Made by a program: the position numbers and the translations under genes. From Planktothricoides raciborskii GIHE-MW2 (GTDB lineage: Bacteria > Cyanobacteriota > Cyanobacteriia > Cyanobacteriales > Laspinemataceae), in the NCBI RefSeq assembly GCF_040564635.1, contig NZ_CP159837.1, positions 35,801-99,800 of the forward strand: DNA of 64,000 nt. The letters run 5' to 3'. Below, in pieces: positions 58,352-64,000 of the stretch (position 1 is the first letter of the stretch; each line of letters starts with the position of its first letter). Below the pieces are notes generated by a model. The model searched no databases, was not told the DNA's origin, and was given only the letters and a program-made list of their open reading frames with translations.

Positions 58352-58846
58352 TTACCAACCCATTGTGCCTTTGCTGCCTTTAAATGGGCCAACAATATTG
58401 CTGGTAATCCAGCCACCATAGAAATCACCGGGTTGGGGCTGAACTCGCTCACCATCCACATAACAAGCATCCATTAAACTGGCATAAAAGGCATAGCATT
58501 CTTGAATGGGTAAAAAATTAGCCGTGGGTTTAACATAGCGCCATGCGGCAGAGGGCGATCGCCGATCGCCCACCTGCACATCGCAATACACACACAAGCC
58601 TTTCCACTCACACCAACTTTGGCGATCGGTTTCCGCTAAATGCTCGATTTTAATATCTTCACGGGGGATATAATAGACCGGCGGATGACTGGTTTCCAAG
58701 ACTCTTTTGGCGCGGTGGCTGTCCGCAATAACCACATCATTAAAAATCACTTGAATATGCTTATCAAAGTCTTCCCAACGAGCGGGACGCGGGTAATCCC
58801 AAACTGATTCTTGTCCGGGTCCTGGGGGAATGGGTACTGGTCGCAT
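58352..58846 (-). CDS. DUF427-domain protein.
   Basis: 164 aa. ESVWDYPRPARWE is characteristic of DUF427. The overlapping ORF 58162-58470 is judged spurious. Confidence 0.6.
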   Translation of the reverse strand: MRPVPIPPGPGQESVWDYPRPARWEDFDKHIQVIFNDVVIADSHRAKRVLETSHPPVYYIPREDIKIEHLAETDRQSWCEWKGLCVYCDVQVGDRRSPSAAWRYVKPTANFLPIQECYAFYASLMDACYVDGERVQPQPGDFYGGWITSNIVGPFKGSKGTMGW

Positions 58847-58985
58847 AAATATTAACCTCCTGATTGATTTATATTAGTTATTAGCTAATAACTAATAGCT
58901 ATTAATTATTAATTAATAGCTATTAGTTATTTGGCGGTTCGCCCACCGAGCATCAATAACCAATAACTAATAGCCAATTCTTATT

Positions 58986-60197
58986 TTAACTGCTTTGAGT
59001 GAACATTTCGTGATCGAGAATGATTTCAAAGTCAGGGTCTTGCTGGACGATTTTGCGAATTTTGGGGTTAATATTAATGGCTCGTTGTAAGTTATCAATG
59101 ACTAAATCAATGTCTTTTTTGATGGCATAACAACGAGCTTTTTCATACCAGGGTTCGGGATGCTCCGAATTGAGTTGGAGGGCTTTATTATAACAACCGA
59201 TCGCGGTTTCATATTGTTTTAGTCTAGTGAAAGCAATGCCTCTTCCTAACCAAGCTTCATAGAAATCGGGATTGGTTTGCAAGGTCTTGTCATACATCTC
59301 AATTGCTTCTTCATATTCACCTTGCTGCAATAGTTCAGTAGCTTGCTTGAAATAAATGCCAAAAATTTCTTGAATTGGCTGATTAATCCGATCGTGTAAT
59401 TTCCGGGATTCTTCTAAAGCGCTGCGAGTTTCTTGCAAAAGATTGTTGGTAGCAACGGCCATGGAAATGAGTTCATTAATTTGCGTGCTATTATCTATAG
59501 CTTTGGCGGGCGGTTGGGCGATCGCCAAGGCAGAACTATTCCTTTGTTGTGCCAAGTTTTCCACAAATTCTGCGGAAATTTCCGCTTTAATTTGCTCGCC
59601 AATTTCGGCCTTCAACTGGCCACTAATTTTTTGCTGGAGTTCACCAATCACAATTTTGGTTAAATTCTGACGTAATAGCCACAGAAAAAGCCAAGTGCCG
59701 CCAATCATAATCAGGATCGCCCCAAACAAAGCATAAAAAAAGCTGTTACGGCGGTCTAATGCCTGATTCACTTCCGTTCTAATTAAACTTTCTAGTTGCT
59801 GTTGTTCTGTGGTTGGGGTTGGTGCTGTTTCTGCCGCAGCCGTTTCTGGAGAAAGGGTTTGAGTGGGAACGGCTTCTGGTCCTGGTTGCGGTGAAGCCTC
59901 AGCCGCAGCAGTAGCCGAGGCAGGGTTTGCCTGGGTTGAGTGCGCCGCATTGGGAGTGACGGGGGAGGTAGAATTAGAGTTAATGAAGGGTTCAGTCATT
60001 GAACCCTTCGGGGTAGCCGGCGGCGAAGTGCTTGTACTGTTGCTGTTAAGCGGTTTTGGTGGGGGGGGTGGGGTGACCGACTCTGGGTTGGCATTGACAC
60101 TGACGGTGGCAATCGAAAGGATCCCAGTGACCAACCCAAGGCTGGCGGGATACAAGAGCATTTTCACCAGATAATTTTTATGAGTCTTATGGGTCAT
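58986..60197 (-). CDS. TPR-repeat protein with N-terminal TM and a Pro/Thr/Ala-rich linker.
   Basis: 403 aa. The C-terminal TPR units read AWLGRGIAFTRLKQYETAIGCYNKALQLN. Confidence 0.8.
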   Translation of the reverse strand: MTHKTHKNYLVKMLLYPASLGLVTGILSIATVSVNANPESVTPPPPPKPLNSNSTSTSPPATPKGSMTEPFINSNSTSPVTPNAAHSTQANPASATAAAEASPQPGPEAVPTQTLSPETAAAETAPTPTTEQQQLESLIRTEVNQALDRRNSFFYALFGAILIMIGGTWLFLWLLRQNLTKIVIGELQQKISGQLKAEIGEQIKAEISAEFVENLAQQRNSSALAIAQPPAKAIDNSTQINELISMAVATNNLLQETRSALEESRKLHDRINQPIQEIFGIYFKQATELLQQGEYEEAIEMYDKTLQTNPDFYEAWLGRGIAFTRLKQYETAIGCYNKALQLNSEHPEPWYEKARCYAIKKDIDLVIDNLQRAININPKIRKIVQQDPDFEIILDHEMFTQSS

Positions 60198-60332
60198 GTT
60201 GATTTTACCTATTGAGAAATCACAGGACTTATATGGTTGTTTGTTATTGGTTGTTGGTTATTTGCTAGTTGCCTAACACGAATAACGAATAACGAATAAC
60301 GAATAACGAATAACGAATAACGAACAACCAAT

Positions 60333-62228
60333 CTATTGCAGGAAAGATGATTGCTCATTGTGTTGTATTATCCGCTGAAAACGCGGGTCTTGGCGAATGG
60401 GGTCAAAATCTGCGTCAGCTTTGGCGAGGTCTAAGTAGGTTGCTTGATGGCGGCAAATGGCCTGTTGCAGGTTTTCGATCGCCCGATCCACATCTCCTTG
60501 AATACCATAACAACAGGCTTTGTTATACCAAATAGCCGGTTGATCCGGTTCCAGGGCGATCGCCCGATCGCAAGCGGCGATCGCCTCGGAATAACGCTGT
60601 AGTTTCATCAACATAGCCGCCCGATTATTTTGTACTATTGACTGCACCATTGGCCAATTGGGTTTTAATGTCAAAGCTTGATTATATGCGGCTAAGGCTT
60701 CGGGGTAGTTTCCCAGGTTGCCCAGGGCAATGCCGAGATAATTCCAAACCATCGCATCATCGGGACTTAGTTTGAGGGCGCGATCGTAGGCGGCGACGGC
60801 CTCGGAGTGCCGTTGCATCGCCGCGAGGACACAGCCAAATTGCACCCAAGCCGGGGTATAGTCGGGCTGGAGGTGAATCGCTTGTTCATAAGCGGCGATC
60901 GCCTCTGGATATTCACCGAGTTTGCTAAACGCCTGACCTAGGTGAACCCGAAATTCTGGGGAATTGGGTTTTAACTGAATCCCCAGCTTAAAACAAGTTA
61001 ACGCCTCGGAGTAGCGTTGCAAACTCATTAATATCAAACCTCGGTCATGCCACGCGGCTAAATAGTTGGGATTTATTTGAGTAGCCCGTTCATAGCTGGC
61101 GATCGCCTCAGTGTATTGCTGTAATTGCACCAACGCCCCAGCCCGGTTATACCAAGCATCGGGGCAGTCTCCCCCTTGATGCAAAGCTTGGTCATAAGAA
61201 GCGATCGCCATCTCATATTCTTTCAGATAAAATAGCGCACAGCCTCGGTTCAACCACGCTTGACCCGACCCAGGATTCAGGGTAATACTTTGTTCAATTT
61301 TGGCGATCGCCTGGGCATAAAGACCTTTTACCAGCAGCGCATTGGCTTGTTCCAACAACTCCCCAGCCCGCATAGAATTAGAAATCGACTGACTTTCGGA
61401 GTTGATCAGCGAGTCTTCTGTTTGATTTTGAGTCAATAAACTGGGGCTTGTATCCGGTTCAAAAACCTGTGAATCTCGGATACTGCGGGAAAAACTACTC
61501 CAACCTGTTTCCGTGAGCCTGCCGGAGGCATAAGACTCACGACTTTGACTGGCTTTGTTCGTCTCATTTTCCAAATAGTCTTGTAGCCAGAATAAGCTAT
61601 TTTGAGTTTCCACCAACAAATTTTTTAATTCGGTTAACGTTTCCAAAGTCAGTGGATCGATCGCTATTCTTTGATGGTTTTTCAGTCGGCTTAATCTAGC
61701 TAATATTAACAATATTCCCAGATTCACACAAGTAAATAATATAATCATATAAACTATAAACAAATATAAATTATTCTGATTATTACTTAACCATCTAATA
61801 ATTCTATCCCCTGGACTTGCATCAATTGAATCCTCGATATCCGCTGAAGCCTCGCTGAAATCAGATTCTGATTCTGATTCGGATATTGATTCTGATATTG
61901 ATAACGATGGTTCCAGGGATTCCGGTGCGGACGCCAATGCTGCTTGGGAAAAATTGACAGAATTACTTTGTAACCATAATATAACGTTTCCCTGGTTGGC
62001 ATACACTGAATTAATCTGGGGATGTTTTTTCATAATTAAGCCCCCAAAATAAATTAACCCTATCACTATGCCTGAACCAGTGGTACTCTGGATTTTTTGA
62101 AGATTTATCCGATGCCGATTCCAATGTTTATTTTTCATAAATAACCTCCTTAAACAGCTAATTTTTTTTCTTTCATATTGAGCAATTGAGCAATTGTGAG
62201 CAATTAAATAGCAACGGGCTGGTGGCAT
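60333..62228 (-). CDS. TPR-repeat protein with a membrane anchor (about 10 TPR units).
   Basis: 631 aa with repeated AWxNRGxAL..Y.EAIA.Y..A units. The start may be the internal Met (MKNKHW or MKKHPQ). Confidence 0.8.
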   Translation of the reverse strand: MPPARCYLIAHNCSIAQYERKKISCLRRLFMKNKHWNRHRINLQKIQSTTGSGIVIGLIYFGGLIMKKHPQINSVYANQGNVILWLQSNSVNFSQAALASAPESLEPSLSISESISESESESDFSEASADIEDSIDASPGDRIIRWLSNNQNNLYLFIVYMIILFTCVNLGILLILARLSRLKNHQRIAIDPLTLETLTELKNLLVETQNSLFWLQDYLENETNKASQSRESYASGRLTETGWSSFSRSIRDSQVFEPDTSPSLLTQNQTEDSLINSESQSISNSMRAGELLEQANALLVKGLYAQAIAKIEQSITLNPGSGQAWLNRGCALFYLKEYEMAIASYDQALHQGGDCPDAWYNRAGALVQLQQYTEAIASYERATQINPNYLAAWHDRGLILMSLQRYSEALTCFKLGIQLKPNSPEFRVHLGQAFSKLGEYPEAIAAYEQAIHLQPDYTPAWVQFGCVLAAMQRHSEAVAAYDRALKLSPDDAMVWNYLGIALGNLGNYPEALAAYNQALTLKPNWPMVQSIVQNNRAAMLMKLQRYSEAIAACDRAIALEPDQPAIWYNKACCYGIQGDVDRAIENLQQAICRHQATYLDLAKADADFDPIRQDPRFQRIIQHNEQSSFLQ

Positions 62229-62598
62229 CGGTTAGCACCGATGGAAGCAGAAATAGAGCCTGGAGAATATCGGATTTAAGCAACCATCCTCCCGAAATGG
62301 TGTATGCCCTAGTCTCCAGGGATAATACTGGAACCCCCCTATGGGAATCAGAGGAAACAATTATGGTTTTACTAGAGTTTTATTTAAGTTTGACTAGAGT
62401 TTGACTAGACTTTTACTAGAGTTTTATAAGGATCTTACGAGGGTTTTACGAGGGTTGTCCTAGGCTTGTCCTAGGTTTTGACCCAGAGGAGACGCTGGCG
62501 ATGCTTCTCCTGATTAGGGTTCAGTAGCTTGGTACTGTAAGTTTTAGAGAGCGGTCGTGTACCTCAAAAGAAAATCTAGACTCTAAAATATTATTAAT

Positions 62599-64000
62599 AT
62601 GGCAACAGAAAAGAACAATCACCCAATTGTGAATAACAAGAAAAATAAGATATCTGTATTAATTGGACTAGGAGTTGGCGCTCTATTACTGGGCGCAGCG
62701 ATGCCTACGGTTAAATGGACAGGATTTGGGCAGCATAAAGTTGAGAGTTTGAAAATCCATGATGCAGACTCGGCGGTGCTGAAACTAGCCCTGTGGTCGC
62801 CCCAAGACAGATCGCCAGAACTCGCCAGCATCGCGGCTAATGGCCACTCACTCGATCGCAGTCGGGCTAGGTATTTACTTGCCGTTGACCAGATCCAACT
62901 GGGTCAAGGAGAAGCGGCACTCAAATATCTGGATGAACTAGAAAAAAGTTACCAAATTTTAGCCCCCTATATTTTGAAGCAACGAGCCATTGCTTATGAA
63001 ATGATCGGCAACAGTCAGTCAGCCCAGAAAACTTGGCAAACCCTAGTCAAAGATTATCCTAATTCGCCGGTTGTGGCCGAAGCCTTGTATAAACTAGGTC
63101 AGACTAATCCCGAATATTGGCAACAAGCGATCGCCGAGTTTCCCAGTCACCCGCGCACCGTAGAAATGGCGGTTCAGTTATTAAAACAGCCATCCTTATC
63201 CCCGGAACTGGATAAAAGCTTACGACTTTTGATTGCTCAATATGGTCTGCACTTGCCGGATATTGTCAATTATCTGGATCAATTAACCAGCAAATATGCC
63301 TCCAGGCTCACCCCCGAAGAGTGGGAAGTGATTGGATTTGCCTATTGGGAAAAACAAGAATATGGCAAAGGTGGCGCCGCCTATCGCCAAGCCACGCGCA
63401 CCCCGCAAAATGCTTACCGGGCAGCGCGGGGACTGTGGCTGGGAAATAAAGAAAAAGAGGCGATCGCCGAATATAAAAAATTAAACGCCGAATTCCCCGA
63501 CAGTGAAGACAACGCCCTAGGGCTATTGCGACTGGCTAGACTCCTGGAGCCCAAAGAAGCCATTCCTTATTTAGATCAAGTCATTGCTAAATTTCCCCAA
63601 CGGGCAGCGGAAGCCTTGTTAGACCGAGCCAACCGACTAGAGCAACTGGGCAGCAGTCAATCGGCGGAACAAGCGCGAGAATCGGTGTTAACCCAATATA
63701 GCAACTCCAACCAAGCGGCAGAATTGCGTTGGCAAAAAGCCCAAAACCTGGCCAAAGCCGGTGACTATGCCGGTGCTTGGAAATGGGGTGTGGCTTTGGG
63801 CAAAGAAAACCCAAACAGCGAACTCGCGCCCAAAGCGAGCTTCTGGGTGGGAAAATGGGCGCAGCGCCTGGGCAAAGCCCAAGAAGCGAAAACCGCTTTT
63901 GAATATGTCTTAGCCAAATATCCAGATTCTTACTATGCCTGGAGATCGGCGGTGAATTTGGGTTGGGATGTGGGAGATTTTACCAATGTGCGATCGCACA
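62599..64000 (+). CDS. Lytic transglycosylase-like protein. Only the N-terminal Slt70-type superhelical domain is in the window; the 3' end runs beyond it.
   Basis: MATEKNNHPIVNNKKNKISVLIGLG...(TM). Alpha-helical repeats are rich in W/Y/A (WQTLVKDYPNSPVVAEALYKLG). No stop up to 64000. Confidence 0.6.
   Translation, partial: MATEKNNHPIVNNKKNKISVLIGLGVGALLLGAAMPTVKWTGFGQHKVESLKIHDADSAVLKLALWSPQDRSPELASIAANGHSLDRSRARYLLAVDQIQLGQGEAALKYLDELEKSYQILAPYILKQRAIAYEMIGNSQSAQKTWQTLVKDYPNSPVVAEALYKLGQTNPEYWQQAIAEFPSHPRTVEMAVQLLKQPSLSPELDKSLRLLIAQYGLHLPDIVNYLDQLTSKYASRLTPEEWEVIGFAYWEKQEYGKGGAAYRQATRTPQNAYRAARGLWLGNKEKEAIAEYKKLNAEFPDSEDNALGLLRLARLLEPKEAIPYLDQVIAKFPQRAAEALLDRANRLEQLGSSQSAEQARESVLTQYSNSNQAAELRWQKAQNLAKAGDYAGAWKWGVALGKENPNSELAPKASFWVGKWAQRLGKAQEAKTAFEYVLAKYPDSYYAWRSAVNLGWDVGDFTNVRSH

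Noticed and set aside
58162-58470. ORF 58162-58470 overlapping the DUF427 gene 3' end
   Set aside because: It overlaps a gene with family support by 119 nt. Its sequence derives from CCCCCCTTCAAAGGGGGGG-type palindromes, and it has no homology signal.

Overview
This 64-kb window looks like chromosomal DNA from a cyanobacterium, probably a filamentous one. The evidence is the HIP1 palindrome GCGATCGC, which occurs dozens of times, about 44-45% GC, a FhaB-like exoprotein with a CHAT domain, and pentapeptide-repeat, DedA, carotenoid oxygenase (ACO-like) and folate-biopterin transporter genes. The window is a mosaic of housekeeping genes and accessory DNA.

(1) Two tail-to-head paralogous giant exoprotein genes sit on the minus strand. 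Each has a filamentous-haemagglutinin TPS N-terminal domain. One is complete (2445 aa) and carries a C-terminal CHAT/caspase-like domain; the other runs off the window start. Between them is an array of GAAACCGGGTTTC palindromic mini-elements.

(2) A small defence-like islet lies at 21.2-26.1 kb. It holds a Gp49/HigB-like toxin with an XRE antitoxin, a membrane-anchored GTPase, and an ABC-type AAA_21 ATPase translationally coupled to a frameshifted DUF4276 gene.

(3) A solitary beta-class DNA methyltransferase sits in an AT-rich pocket next to a degraded NTF2-like pseudogene.

(4) Two paralogous secreted proteins, a large secreted protein and a serpin lie together on the minus strand (33.3-38.7 kb).

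(5) A ~10.65-kb integrated plasmid/P4-like element is inserted at the 3' end of a tRNA-Met(CAU). It has 39-bp att direct repeats and carries a tyrosine integrase, an AlpA-like excisionase, a DUF3987 protein, an FtsK/TraD-like membrane ATPase, a ParM/ParR pair, iterons and an RHH regulator.

(6) Immediately outside attR there is a NACHT (STAND) NTPase fused to a C-terminal six-helix transmembrane domain. I rate this the most interesting candidate for an undescribed antiviral or abortive-infection protein.

(7) Several families of dispersed palindromic or tandem repeats occur through the window. There is also a candidate small RNA with its own promoter and intrinsic terminator.
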